From NCBI GenBank assembly GCA_963796275.1, contig CAWCKY010000006.1, forward strand, positions 1,568,001-1,632,000: DNA of 64,000 nt. Reading direction: 5' to 3'. Within the stretch, counting starts at the first letter, position 1. Each line of letters opens with the position of its first letter. Under the pieces are notes generated by a model. The model saw nothing but the letters and a program-made list of their open reading frames with translations, had not been told where the DNA came from and ran no database searches. Made by a program: the position numbers and the translations under genes. The stretch is from an uncultured Acidobacteriota bacterium (lineage in GTDB: Bacteria; Acidobacteriota; Blastocatellia; RBC074). Positions 41,207 through 51,311 of the stretch are shown piece after piece.

Positions 41207-42610
41207 CTATTGGAGAGACTCTCGGACGACCGCCGGAAGATTGCAGACCACGGGGCGAACCTTGCCCGAGTTGCTTCGCGCGATAGAGTGGACGACCTCA
41301 ACGTATGTTTGGACATCGCCTACGTGCGATCGCATATTGCGTTTGATCTTTTCGATATCCTGATCGTTAAAGCCGATGCCGGGAACCACAAAGACGGTGA
41401 ATACTTTAAATCGCTCCTGTGCTATTTGAGCTTCCCTGATGTTGTCTACATCGTTGAATACGGTATCGAATCTGGTTACTCGACGGCCATCAGCCGTATA
41501 ACAAACATCGTCAAGGCGGTTTTCTATCGATTCCAGAATAGGCATATTTCGGTCGCAGGGACAATTTTGATCCACCGCCCACGACGCGACGTCACCGACC
41601 CGGTAGCGGATCAATGGCTGAAGTCGGTTGTTAAGACCAGTGCAAACCACATCACCTATCTCACCGGGGGGACATGGATTACCATTCGCATCGATGATTT
41701 CGATGATCCCGACGTCAGGGCTGACGTGGTACCGGCCGTATTGGCATTCTGAAGCGAAGAACGCATTTTCGATACAGTAGTAGCGGTCAAATACGCGGCA
41801 CTGCCACGCCGCCTCAATTGTCTCCCTGATCTGATCGGTTACCGTTTCGGATGTCGTCAGCACAGCGTTCGCCGGCGCAGGCATATCATTATTTTCCAGC
41901 GCGTAACGAGCCACGATATTGAGAGCGCCCGGATACCCCATGATCACCGGAGGCCTGTATTTTCTGAGAAATGCCAGGTAATGCGGCAGGTACTTCGGTG
42001 AAAGATGATAGATCGAGGCATACGCCATATCTCCGGCCGGGCTGAAGCGCCAGAAAGGCGGATGATCTTGATCGTAGCGGCAGACTTTGCGCACACCGAA
42101 TATGACGCGTCGGTTGCGGTAGTTGACCCCGGCCCAACTGAGATTACGCGCTTCCGGGACCGCCATTTCCGCCGCATAGGATTCGCGCGTGAAATAGATT
42201 TCAGTCGGTGAACAGTTGGCCGCCATCGATTTCCGCACAATCGCGCGGACCGGCAAGGGATTGGCAGTCAGCAGATCCTTCGATCTCGTACGCAGCATTT
42301 CTCTTGTAAGTAGAGGCATGCGGCCCAATGCTTCCATCGGCGGCATCTTGGGGGTAATACCGGCTTCGAGAAAAACCTGATGATAATATGGCGATCCCCA
42401 GGCGGCCTGGAAGATTTTCTGTAACAACATTAACTGGTAGTTATGGAACTGCTCTTTCGTCCAACTATCCCGCGCCTTGTATTCATCGACTAACTGGATG
42501 AAATTTTTGCTGAAACGGCGCCTGTACCACCACCAGCCATAAGTCGATACCATTACCTGCTGCGCCCAGATAGGGCTGTTGGAATATAGATATTCAATCA
42601 GATTTAACAT
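41207..42610 (-). CDS. CapK/phenylacetate-CoA ligase-like adenylate-forming protein with degenerate P-loop
   Basis: YY...F..AGI, MPLL, IMGYP, TSE, GIIEI, VCTGL.N..QPLIRYRVGD, CPC.R; expected (S/T)SGTTG loop reads KSMAANCSP. Confidence 0.85.
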   Translation of the reverse strand: MLNLIEYLYSNSPIWAQQVMVSTYGWWWYRRRFSKNFIQLVDEYKARDSWTKEQFHNYQLMLLQKIFQAAWGSPYYHQVFLEAGITPKMPPMEALGRMPLLTREMLRTRSKDLLTANPLPVRAIVRKSMAANCSPTEIYFTRESYAAEMAVPEARNLSWAGVNYRNRRVIFGVRKVCRYDQDHPPFWRFSPAGDMAYASIYHLSPKYLPHYLAFLRKYRPPVIMGYPGALNIVARYALENNDMPAPANAVLTTSETVTDQIRETIEAAWQCRVFDRYYCIENAFFASECQYGRYHVSPDVGIIEIIDANGNPCPPGEIGDVVCTGLNNRLQPLIRYRVGDVASWAVDQNCPCDRNMPILESIENRLDDVCYTADGRRVTRFDTVFNDVDNIREAQIAQERFKVFTVFVVPGIGFNDQDIEKIKRNMRSHVGDVQTYVEVVHSIARSNSGKVRPVVCNLPAVVRESLQ

Positions 42611-42641
42611 ATCAGTATTTAGCTAAGAGGTTGTATAAACC

Positions 42642-42759
42642 GGTGATAGAACTTCTTCACAACACAAATGAAGGAGACCGGAAAACCGCGATATCCGGCA
42701 ACTCGACTCATTCATGTTGTCGATTTCATTTGTGAAATTTTGTGATGAATCTTATCACC
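42642..42759. repeat. Imperfect intergenic inverted repeat
   Basis: ggtgatagaacttcttcacaacacaaatgaa ... ttcatttgtgaaattttgtgatgaatcttatcacc. Confidence 0.55.
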
Positions 42760-42768
42760 CTCAATTAA

Positions 42769-44607
42769 TCAAGCTTGATCCCATACCGCGAGCATAACCA
42801 ACTGCCTGATGAGAGGTTCATTGGTATCGTCGCCGTTTTCATATTTGCTGACCATTTTTTTGACTTTGGAGAGATTAAACGGACCGTCTTTAATGATGTC
42901 GATATTGGGCAATTCGCCGACCACTTCTCTGAACTCTTTGTTCTGTCGGAGGTAATACCTCCAGGGTACGCCGAATCCCCATTTGCGGTGGTGCAGCACG
43001 ACCTGCGGTAACCGCGAGCCGATTGCACGGCGCATTATTGATCTGCTTTTCCTTCTTGAATTAAGCGTGGAGGAGGGTATGGCTGCCAGTATCTCAACCA
43101 GCCTATGGTCGAGGAATGGTACGCGGCACTCGATCGATGCGCCCATCATCATTCGGTCGTTTCGTTCCAGTGCCGAACAAAGTAATGTATGTTGATCGCA
43201 ATACATCGCCTGTCGCATCGGTTCATTGGGATAGAGAGCTTTGGCCTCGGCGAGCACGGCATTCCGATAAGGGAAATCTAGCGATAGCTTCATTCCCAGC
43301 TTTTCCAGGTCTTCCGGAAAGGTTTCACATGCATTGAAAAGGATGATGCGGTCGATTGAGCTCAGTTTGAGGTACCTGCTCAATTTCCGAAGGCGTCCCG
43401 GGAGCTTAACGATTGCGATGAATCGCGGTAAGAATGGCCGTACAGCCTTTAATAATTTGGGGTTGCGCAGCGGTATATACCGCGCATGTCCACCCAGCAT
43501 TTCATCGCCGCCCTCGCCGGAAAGCAGGATCGTCACACGCGACCTGGCGTATTTTGCTGCCGCCAGCAGATGAATATCATTCGCATGCGCGAGCGGTTGG
43601 TCGTTGAGCCAGGAAGCCTTGCGCAAGAGCGGAAGCAGCTCATAGGGTTCAACTTCCAGCTCATGGAAATTCAATTGCCAGCGATCGGCAACCTGCTTCG
43701 CGATCGGCCCTTCGTCATAACCGGGTTTGGCGAAGCGTACCGTGAAGCTGGCCATCCCGGAACCTGCCTGTGTCGCCAGCGATGCCGCTAAGCTGCTTGA
43801 ATCCATACCACCGCTCAAGAGCACGCCTAGCGGAACATCGCCGGCACGTTCGATGTTCACCGCGCTATCGAATGTCTTGCGGAACCAGTCTGCTGCATCT
43901 TTCGGCAGGTTCTCGCGATGCGCGAGAGCCTGGTCCGCCAGGTTCCACCATCGCCTGATTTGACTGACGCCGTTCTTCCAGATGATGTAATGTCCCGGAA
44001 GCAGCCGCCTTACTCCGGTGAAGACAGTTCGCTCGCCGCTGACGAAGCGAAAGCATAATAGCTCTTCCCAGACGTTGCGATCGAACTGCCTGGGGACCCC
44101 CATGGTGAACAATGCCTTCTGTTCTGACGCGAAGTAGAGCCCATCGTCGTGAAACGCATAATAGACCGGCTTGATTCCCAGGCGGTCACGCGCCAAAAAC
44201 AAAACACGCTCATTCTCATCCCAGATGGCGAAGGCGAACGTTCCGTTAAGCCGTTCCAGCATCCTCGGTCCCTGATTTACGAATAAGTTCAATACCACCT
44301 CGGTATCTGTATTCGAGCGGAAGCTGAAACCGCGATCTTTCAGTACAGAACGAATCTCCTTATAGTTATAGACCCCGCCGTCAAAAATGATCTTATAACG
44401 TCCGGCCCCGGAGCTCATCGGCATACGGCCGTGTTCCGAAAGGTCTAGTACCGCCAGACGGCGGGATCCGAAGGCGATCCCGGGGGCTATGTAGTATCCC
44501 GAGTCGTCGGGCCCACGATGAGTCAGGGAATCTCGCATTTCGATGAATTTATCTGTCCTGACGATTCGCCGGCGATCGTTATACACAACACCACAGATAC
44601 CGCTCAT
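42769..44607 (-). CDS. asnB: Asparagine synthase-like (AsnB) amidotransferase with inactive-looking glutaminase domain
   Basis: HRGPD, TDTEV, ARDRLGIKP, LSGGMDSS, GEGGDE, RVPFLDH, KWGF; starts MSGIC (no Cys2) and has FDGGVYN for FNGEIYN. Confidence 0.88.
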   Translation of the reverse strand: MSGICGVVYNDRRRIVRTDKFIEMRDSLTHRGPDDSGYYIAPGIAFGSRRLAVLDLSEHGRMPMSSGAGRYKIIFDGGVYNYKEIRSVLKDRGFSFRSNTDTEVVLNLFVNQGPRMLERLNGTFAFAIWDENERVLFLARDRLGIKPVYYAFHDDGLYFASEQKALFTMGVPRQFDRNVWEELLCFRFVSGERTVFTGVRRLLPGHYIIWKNGVSQIRRWWNLADQALAHRENLPKDAADWFRKTFDSAVNIERAGDVPLGVLLSGGMDSSSLAASLATQAGSGMASFTVRFAKPGYDEGPIAKQVADRWQLNFHELEVEPYELLPLLRKASWLNDQPLAHANDIHLLAAAKYARSRVTILLSGEGGDEMLGGHARYIPLRNPKLLKAVRPFLPRFIAIVKLPGRLRKLSRYLKLSSIDRIILFNACETFPEDLEKLGMKLSLDFPYRNAVLAEAKALYPNEPMRQAMYCDQHTLLCSALERNDRMMMGASIECRVPFLDHRLVEILAAIPSSTLNSRRKSRSIMRRAIGSRLPQVVLHHRKWGFGVPWRYYLRQNKEFREVVGELPNIDIIKDGPFNLSKVKKMVSKYENGDDTNEPLIRQLVMLAVWDQA

Positions 44608-44648
44608 CAGATGTTCTCCAGAATTACTTGAAGATTGTGCGAATTAAA

Positions 44649-44891
44649 CAGATGCGTGCAAATAAAAAGGTCATTGAACTCAATGTTATCGGTCCTGAGC
44701 GCAAGAGGCGCGGGATGTTTTGAACTCGTCTCCCACATCTCGCAACCTCCGGAGGAGCGACATATGAAATGCCTATATGCTGCAAATCCGGAGCTTGTTA
44801 GACTTGGGTGATCGAGTGCTATATACATCAGACTCCTCAGGGGCCAATCAGAAACTTTCGACAATGACCAAGTTTAATTTGCACAGTCCTC
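44649..44891. mobile_element. MITE/REPIN-like element, family A, copy 1
   Basis: 243 bp; ends cagatgcgtgcaaat / atttgcacagtcctc; flanked by direct repeat AATTAAA; homologous to 52302-52543 and, inverted, 57185-57424. Confidence 0.75.
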
Positions 44892-44899
44892 AATTAAAT

Positions 44900-45117
44900 T
44901 CCAACGTAATCAGAAGTTAGGCAGCTCAGTACTGAAAGGCGCGAAATGTTTAAGGCCATTCGATTGCCCACATTTCATCAGCTCAGAGGAGCGACATCTC
45001 CGCTTTCAGATGCCGCTCCTTCAGGGGGGAGATTTAACTCATCAACAGCGCTATAAAATATCGGAGACCACCGGACCTACCAGAAACTGGTAACAACCGG
45101 CTTTAATTGGTACAGGC
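44900..45117. repeat. Additional REP-like palindromic module related to the family A core
   Basis: ggcgcgaaatgttt...agctcagaggagcgacatct...agatgccgctcct...gctataaaatatcgg. Confidence 0.5.
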
Positions 45118-45350
45118 ATCAATTACCTCGGCAATTCATCTTACGCTCGTATAAACGCAATTGAGCCTTCCCCTTTTTCAAAGCCGGTACGCGCTATCGG
45201 GAGTATCCAGTCGCGTAATCGGCGGCTGAGCTGTTCTTATTATTCGCGGCGCGGTTGCTGCGCTCCGCACCCCTATCGAAAATATGCGTTTATATGACCT
45301 CCGGCGTTGAAAGGCTGACCGCTTACGCGGCTGTTATCTGAAATTGTCGA

Positions 45351-46736
45351 TTACTCGGACATCAATGCTACCCATCTATGATCGCCGAGCTGAATCTGGG
45401 CTCCACGCGGTTCAAGCCTGGCTTCTGGTAACAGATCGTTTAGGTACTTGCGTAGCTCCCGTTCCTGTCCAGCCTGCGCCATTTCGGTAAGTCGCTGCAG
45501 CGAGTGGTGCATTTTTTCCGGGGAGTATGCGGCCATTTTTCCCAGGCGGATCATCGGGTGATTTGTATTCGTTCCCGCATCTTCGCTCTCACAGGGTTCA
45601 TCAACCTCACCCAGACCGAGTATGAATATCTCGCCTCCATCTCCCATGGCGCCGGCCTGCAGCGCTAATTGCGCCGCCTCTGGTATCGACGAGCCGACAA
45701 CATTGCCGAAGCGCACTGAAACATAACGGCTGTAAGATCGCTGGTTCAGACCTTGGATTGCCAGCTCGGCTATGCGCTTAGACGCGCCCATGACTGATTT
45801 GGGACGGGAAGCTTTATTGGTTGATATCAGGACGAATGTTTCCACGCCGCAAGTGCCTGCCAATTCCCCGAGATTGAATGCGGCGATCGCGTTATTCTTG
45901 ACCGCCTCGATCATATTAAATTCCATCATCGCGATGTGCTTGTGTGCTGCCGCATGAAGTACAACTTGAGGATTGAATAGATTGAAGATCGTCCACATTC
46001 TTCTGATGTCGCAAACGTCAGCGAGCAGAGGGACAAGTGATATCTCAAGCCGGCGATCGCGTAGCTCTCGATCGATGCTCAGTAACGAACATTCAGCCCG
46101 CTCTACTAACAAAAGCGATGCCGGTCGAAAGCGCGCCACCTGTCGCGCGAGCTCTGCCCCAATCGATCCGCCGGCCCCCGTCACCATTACCGTTTTTCCG
46201 GTCAGGAACTGCCCCATCTCATCTTCAGCGAGTTGATACGGCTCTCGGCCGGGAAAAATTTCTACCGTCCTGCCACGATCGCAGTCGATCGGAACCTCCT
46301 GCTGCGCCGCTTCCGACTTCACCTTCGTATGCGTCTCATCCAGAGCGCGGCAGATCACTCGGACTCCGAGTATTCCGCAATAACCGATAATCATGTTTAT
46401 AACAATTACGGAGAGGGGGATCCTGAACTCTCCCATAGAATTGGGAAGTACCAGCCGGAGTAACGCTATGGGCATCGCGGCGCTGACTGCAGCCATGAAA
46501 AATGTCTGCACATCTGCGAGTTTGACGAAGCGCCAGTTGAATTTTTGGCACCCGAAGAAATGAAGCGCAGCGAGCTCGATAGCTACTACATAGGGTAACT
46601 GTAACGATAAGTTATGGAACTGATTTTGAGGTATGTTGAAATCGAATCGTAAAAGATAAGCCGTTACGAAAGATACTATCAAAATTAATAGGTCAAATGA
46701 GCGTTGTAGCAATTTTATAAGTTGAAGATGGTACAT
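45351..46736 (-). CDS. CapD/WbpM/PglF-like membrane NDP-sugar 4,6-dehydratase, internally deleted and degenerate
   Basis: 4 N-terminal TM helices (AYLLRFDF), VTGAGGSIGAEL.RQ, HAAAHKH, MGASKR.AE, VRFGNV; STNKA instead of STDKA; segments missing in frame. Confidence 0.85.
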   Translation of the reverse strand: MYHLQLIKLLQRSFDLLILIVSFVTAYLLRFDFNIPQNQFHNLSLQLPYVVAIELAALHFFGCQKFNWRFVKLADVQTFFMAAVSAAMPIALLRLVLPNSMGEFRIPLSVIVINMIIGYCGILGVRVICRALDETHTKVKSEAAQQEVPIDCDRGRTVEIFPGREPYQLAEDEMGQFLTGKTVMVTGAGGSIGAELARQVARFRPASLLLVERAECSLLSIDRELRDRRLEISLVPLLADVCDIRRMWTIFNLFNPQVVLHAAAHKHIAMMEFNMIEAVKNNAIAAFNLGELAGTCGVETFVLISTNKASRPKSVMGASKRIAELAIQGLNQRSYSRYVSVRFGNVVGSSIPEAAQLALQAGAMGDGGEIFILGLGEVDEPCESEDAGTNTNHPMIRLGKMAAYSPEKMHHSLQRLTEMAQAGQERELRKYLNDLLPEARLEPRGAQIQLGDHRWVALMSE

Positions 46737-47009
46737 AGGTCGGCGTGGATAAAGCTACAAAAATACACACCTCGGCTAAGCGTACAGGACCGTAAAAGGA
46801 AAGACACCCTGTCGAAGCGGAAATTTATGAAGCTATAGTTGCTAACTGGGCGACAAGGAAGAGAGGTTTTATTGACCGTCGCCGGATTAGTGTGATGAAT
46901 AGAGCCGAGAGTCACAGGCTGGGGTAAACAATCGATAACTAAATGTGGTTTATAAATTCCACATTCATAATCGCTGTTTCTGTAGACTCGAGTTTATGTC
47001 AAATATTCA

Positions 47010-47195
47010 GCTTTTATACTCATCTTTTATTTCAAACTTACTCTATCTTTTCAAATATTTTCAAACTTACTCTATCTTTTCAAACTTATCTATCTTTTCA
47101 ATCTTCTTTCAAACTTTGCTATCTACATCTATCTTTGCTATCTAAATCTTTGCTATCTACAGCTATCTTATCTATATTCAACCTTATCTATTAGA
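47010..47195. repeat. AT-rich degenerate tandem repeats
   Basis: Units TTTCAAACTTACTCTATC and CTTTGCTATCTA recur several times; almost no G on the + strand. Confidence 0.7.
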
Positions 47196-47469
47196 TTGGG
47201 ATGAATAGAATATTATTTCCTATAGAAACACATCAGAAATTACTCTCGTATAGTTCACATTTTGCATTAACTCAGCATTGCTGTCAATAATTTTTTCTGC
47301 TTGTTATCAATGATATCTGTTATTTCAAGAATGTGATTGCACAAGACGGACGCACAAGGTGCGGGTAATGGCCAGAAAGCGCAGTGGATAAACCATATCT
47401 CAGTCACTTTCTGCGTTTCCTTCCCGCTCTTTGCCTCTTTTGGGCGAACCGGCTTCACTCATGGACCAT

Positions 47470-50400
47470 CTATGGCGACGTCGTGGTATTCCCTGTATTC
47501 GAGTAAGACGAATTGCCCGCCGAATTCTGCGCCCGCACTCGATAGTAGTACGTAATATTGCCTGTCAATCCGGAGTCCGAAAAGCCAGTTACACCGGCGC
47601 CGGCCGACGCGATTTGCACGAAAGTCGTACCGTTGGTCGAGCGCTCTATCCTGAATAAATTTTCGTTCGTTGAATTATCTGTCCAGCTCAGGTCGATCCG
47701 ATTGCTCGAGATCGCCGTTGCTGTGAGGTTGCCCGGCGCATTCGGCAGGACATCACTGACCGTCATGGTAACCGATCCTGAATAGGCATATGCCCCGTTG
47801 TCGGATGTAGCTTTCGCCCTGAGCGAGTAGTTGCCTGTATCGACATCGCCCCACGTGAACTCATAAGGCGCAGCCTCGTCTGTGCCGATCAGAGTCGAGC
47901 CGCGATAAAAATCGACCCTGGTAATCGCGCCATCGGCGTCTGCGGCATTCGCCGTAATATTGATGGTCGACGGGGCTATGAACGTCGCGCCGCTCGCCGG
48001 GTTTGTGATGCTCACCGTTGGCGGCTGGTTCGGATTGACCGTGATGCCTATAACGCTCGATGTTGTCGTCCCTCCTCTGTTGTCGATCGCTTTGGCCGTC
48101 AGCGAGTAGCTGCCTGGAGAAACATTGCTCCAAGTGAAATCGAAAGGCGCCGTAGTGTCAGAGCCGAGGGACGATGTGCCGCGATAGAAGTCGACCCTCG
48201 CGATTGTGCCGTCAACGTCAGCTACATCGGCGATGATCGTGATCGTCGCCGGAGCGGCGAAAGTCGCGCCGCCCGACGGGCTTAAAATACTCACAGTCGG
48301 CAGCACGTTCGGATTATCTGTGATCGTAATGTTGACCGCGCTCGAAATCGTGGCCCCTCCGCTATTGTCCGTCGCCCTGGCTGTCAGCGTGTGGCTGCCC
48401 GGCACCGCATTGCTCCATGCGAATTCATACGGCGCAACATTGTCTGTGCCGAGTAGAATTGTGCCGCGATAAAAATCTACTCTCGTAATCGTCCCGTCAG
48501 CATCAGCCGCGCCCGCGGTAATCGTGATAGTCGAAGCCGCGCTGAAGGTCAAACCACTCGATGGACTCGTGATGCTCACTGTCGGTGGCGCGCTCGGTGT
48601 GAGACTGACGCCTATCGCGCTCGAAGTCGCGACGCCTCCGCTGTTGTCCGTCGCCCTGGCTGTCAAGGAATAACTGCCGGCCAGGACATTGCTCCACGTG
48701 AATTCATAAGGCGCAGTCAGATCCGTCCCCAGGAGATTCGCATCCTGATAAAAATCGACTTTCTCCACCGTGCCATCGTTGTCGGAAGCGGCGGCTGTGA
48801 TCGTGAATGTGGCCGGCGCTCCGAAGCTCGAGCCGCTTGCCGGGCCCGTGATACTCACAGTGGGCCGCACATTCGACGAAGTTATCCCTTTGACGATCGT
48901 GAAGCTGTCGTCAATCGCGCCGGTATCGCGGATGTATTTGGCGTCGAGCCTGTTTGAGTCGATGTCGAGCACCAGCGTGCCTCTATTGTTCATCGAGATG
49001 AACATACCCGGATGATTGAGCGCGCCGCCGCTCAACTGTCCCGCATTTCCTGCGACGACGTAAACGGTGCCCCCATGCGGAGCAGGACCCAATGTAGGTT
49101 TAGTATATTCTCCTGCGCCTGCCGGCCGGCCATCTCCATCGTTCTTTTTCATCGCACTGTTGAATGTGCTTGACGCGCCGTAATGTCCATCGAGCAGATA
49201 TGAACGCTCATAGCCGTGGCTGTGCCCGCAGAGCACCAGGTCTACCCCGTGGTTCTCCAGGATCGGCAGGATATATTGGCGCATCTCGACGAGCTCGTCC
49301 TCAGTATCCGAATTATGTGACCCTTTGCTGTATGGCGGGTGATGCCAGTATGCGATCACCCAGTCTTTGGTGTTGTTGGCCAGGTCGTTCTGCAACCAGG
49401 ATAACATCGGGCTGCCCGGCGCGCGCGCGGAAGTGAACGAATCAAGGCAGACAAAATGGATATTCCCGTAATTGAACGAATAGTAGTCTTCGGTTCCCGA
49501 CGCGATGCCCCCCACCTCGCCATTCTGTGGAAGGACAAAGATGTTGTGAAAGGGCAATGGTTTTACCGGATTGGGCAAACCTGCAGAATCATGATTACCG
49601 AGCGTCGGCCACAGGACCGACTGCCTCAATGTCATCGGGTAGACATTGAAGAGACCTCTCTGGTAATCGGCATCGCTGCCGAAATCGTATGCGTTGTCGC
49701 CTAGCATCAGCCACAGGTCGGTGAAACGTGAGCCGGTGAAATTGTAGTAGGCGTCCCGCGTCAATCTTTGACCTTCTCCGGCGGTCCCCGCATCGCCCAG
49801 CACCCAGATGCGTGTCGGTTTGGCAGCCGCAGGTGCAGTGACGAAGAAATGTGTTGGGTCGCCGCCCCCCAAAGTCAACGATGATGTGCCGAATGAATAA
49901 TAGTACTTGGTGTTCGGCGACATGCCCGTAAGAGTTACTCGATGTTCGTTAGTCGCTGCCGTATCGACCGCAATCAGGTTCAAATTCGATTGGTTTGTGC
50001 CGAAGCGCACGCGGCTGTCGCCTGGGGTAGCGGTGCGCCAGCAGATCACCATGCTCGTCGTTGTGCCCATCTGCAGATATGGCCCACGCGTGACGTTTGT
50101 CGCCAGCTGCTCGCTCGACCCTGTCAATTCAAGGTCGAAGCTGATGTCGGGATCGGATGGGCTGACCTGATGGATTTCGACAGCCAAGACATTTGTCCCG
50201 GTCACGAGCGACGACGGGCTGACATTCGTTTGAATGACGGTGTTGCCGTCATTCGCCGCTGAGGTCGATGCCGGGGTGGAGTAGGAAACGGCTCCCGCAG
50301 GCATATTGTTCCGATAGACCTCGCTGCCGTTCAGATAAACGATGATTCCGTCATCGCGTTTCACGCTCAGGCTTAGTGAGCTGAACGACGGCGGATATAC

Positions 50401-51258
50401 GACCGTGAACGCTTTACGAAAATAGGTTGTGAGGTGTTTATTGCCGGAGCTCGGGCCATAACTGACGACTGTCGCCTCGTCCCCATTGCCATAACCGAGT
50501 TCTGCGGGCCCCGATGCCCAGGAGAAGTCATCGAATGACGGGGCAACCCACTCTGTCCCCTGGTTCGAGCCGTCATCGAGATATTTCCAGGCCGAACCTA
50601 GCGCGACGAATGTATTCAATGCGGGCGAGAGCGCCCCTTGCAATTCAAGATCGAAACTTATATCGGAGCTGGAACGGTCGGATTGGTGGATTTCGACCGC
50701 CAGCACATTGATTCCGCTGGTCAGCAGACTGGCGCTGACGGATGATTGAAGGAAAGTTGCGCCGTCATCAGCGGCGGCAAGGGCCGGCGTGGTATAGCTC
50801 ACCGTCCCCGCCGGTATATTGTCCCGATAGACTTCGTTGCCGTTCAGATAGACCACAACCCCATCGTCGCGCTTGACGCGCAACGTCAAACCCTGAAGGT
50901 CACCCGCATTGGCGACTGAGAACGCTAGCCGGAAATAGGTCGTGATAAATTTGCTGCCGGGGCTGGGACCGTAGCTGACAACCGTGGCTTCACCGCCATC
51001 GCCATAACCGAGTTCTGCTGGGCCCGAAGCCCAGGAAGAATCATCGAAGTTCGGAGATCGCCATGCCGTGCCCAGGTCTGTGCCGTTATCCAGAAATTTC
51101 CAGGTGGCGCCCGCTGGCACGAGCATTGCCGATGATTGCGCCCTGGCAGTCATCGGTAGGTAATGATAAAAGATGAATGCTAGGAAGAATGCGGCGAGGA
51201 GTAATTTGGCGAACGCCTGGCCGTGTGAAATTGCATGGGATCGTTTGTTTGTTGACAT
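47470..51258 (-). CDS. Large secreted purple-acid-phosphatase-like metallophosphoesterase with two N-terminal carbohydrate-binding-like repeats, four Ig-like (Big_7-type) domains and FN3
   Basis: Signal peptide; 2x W.YLD.G...F.D.SW.SG.AELGYG...DDG..VYLNG.E...N.LAVEIHQ; GD, GDNAY, GNHD, HHPPY, GHSH.YER; 4x PTVSIT.P...DG.I..VDFY...APY.F.W; terminal FN3. Confidence 0.9.
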   Translation of the reverse strand: MSTNKRSHAISHGQAFAKLLLAAFFLAFIFYHYLPMTARAQSSAMLVPAGATWKFLDNGTDLGTAWRSPNFDDSSWASGPAELGYGDGGEATVVSYGPSPGSKFITTYFRLAFSVANAGDLQGLTLRVKRDDGVVVYLNGNEVYRDNIPAGTVSYTTPALAAADDGATFLQSSVSASLLTSGINVLAVEIHQSDRSSSDISFDLELQGALSPALNTFVALGSAWKYLDDGSNQGTEWVAPSFDDFSWASGPAELGYGNGDEATVVSYGPSSGNKHLTTYFRKAFTVVYPPSFSSLSLSVKRDDGIIVYLNGSEVYRNNMPAGAVSYSTPASTSAANDGNTVIQTNVSPSSLVTGTNVLAVEIHQVSPSDPDISFDLELTGSSEQLATNVTRGPYLQMGTTTSMVICWRTATPGDSRVRFGTNQSNLNLIAVDTAATNEHRVTLTGMSPNTKYYYSFGTSSLTLGGGDPTHFFVTAPAAAKPTRIWVLGDAGTAGEGQRLTRDAYYNFTGSRFTDLWLMLGDNAYDFGSDADYQRGLFNVYPMTLRQSVLWPTLGNHDSAGLPNPVKPLPFHNIFVLPQNGEVGGIASGTEDYYSFNYGNIHFVCLDSFTSARAPGSPMLSWLQNDLANNTKDWVIAYWHHPPYSKGSHNSDTEDELVEMRQYILPILENHGVDLVLCGHSHGYERSYLLDGHYGASSTFNSAMKKNDGDGRPAGAGEYTKPTLGPAPHGGTVYVVAGNAGQLSGGALNHPGMFISMNNRGTLVLDIDSNRLDAKYIRDTGAIDDSFTIVKGITSSNVRPTVSITGPASGSSFGAPATFTITAAASDNDGTVEKVDFYQDANLLGTDLTAPYEFTWSNVLAGSYSLTARATDNSGGVATSSAIGVSLTPSAPPTVSITSPSSGLTFSAASTITITAGAADADGTITRVDFYRGTILLGTDNVAPYEFAWSNAVPGSHTLTARATDNSGGATISSAVNITITDNPNVLPTVSILSPSGGATFAAPATITIIADVADVDGTIARVDFYRGTSSLGSDTTAPFDFTWSNVSPGSYSLTAKAIDNRGGTTTSSVIGITVNPNQPPTVSITNPASGATFIAPSTINITANAADADGAITRVDFYRGSTLIGTDEAAPYEFTWGDVDTGNYSLRAKATSDNGAYAYSGSVTMTVSDVLPNAPGNLTATAISSNRIDLSWTDNSTNENLFRIERSTNGTTFVQIASAGAGVTGFSDSGLTGNITYYYRVRAQNSAGNSSYSNTGNTTTSP

Positions 51259-51311
51259 TGCTTCAGGCTCATTAAGGAGTTGGGGGTGATAGCGGGGAAC
51301 CGGCCCAGATT

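Noticed and set aside
44607-44864. Short ORFs at 44607-44864, 51336-51689, 52366-52602 and 61597-61830
   Set aside because: They lie within non-coding MITE/REP-like repeats and the frames are not conserved between copies.
46737-47010. JUMPStart/ops element or riboswitch ahead of the polysaccharide genes
   Set aside because: No GGCGGTAG ops core or recognisable riboswitch consensus found by eye; an Rfam scan would be needed.
46943-47194. Hydrophobic 83-aa and 66-aa ORFs
   Set aside because: Translation products of the low-complexity AT-rich repeat, with no SD or recognisable motif.
47010-47195. Possible CRISPR array
   Set aside because: Units are contiguous or irregular, with no unique 30-40 bp spacers, and no cas genes are present.
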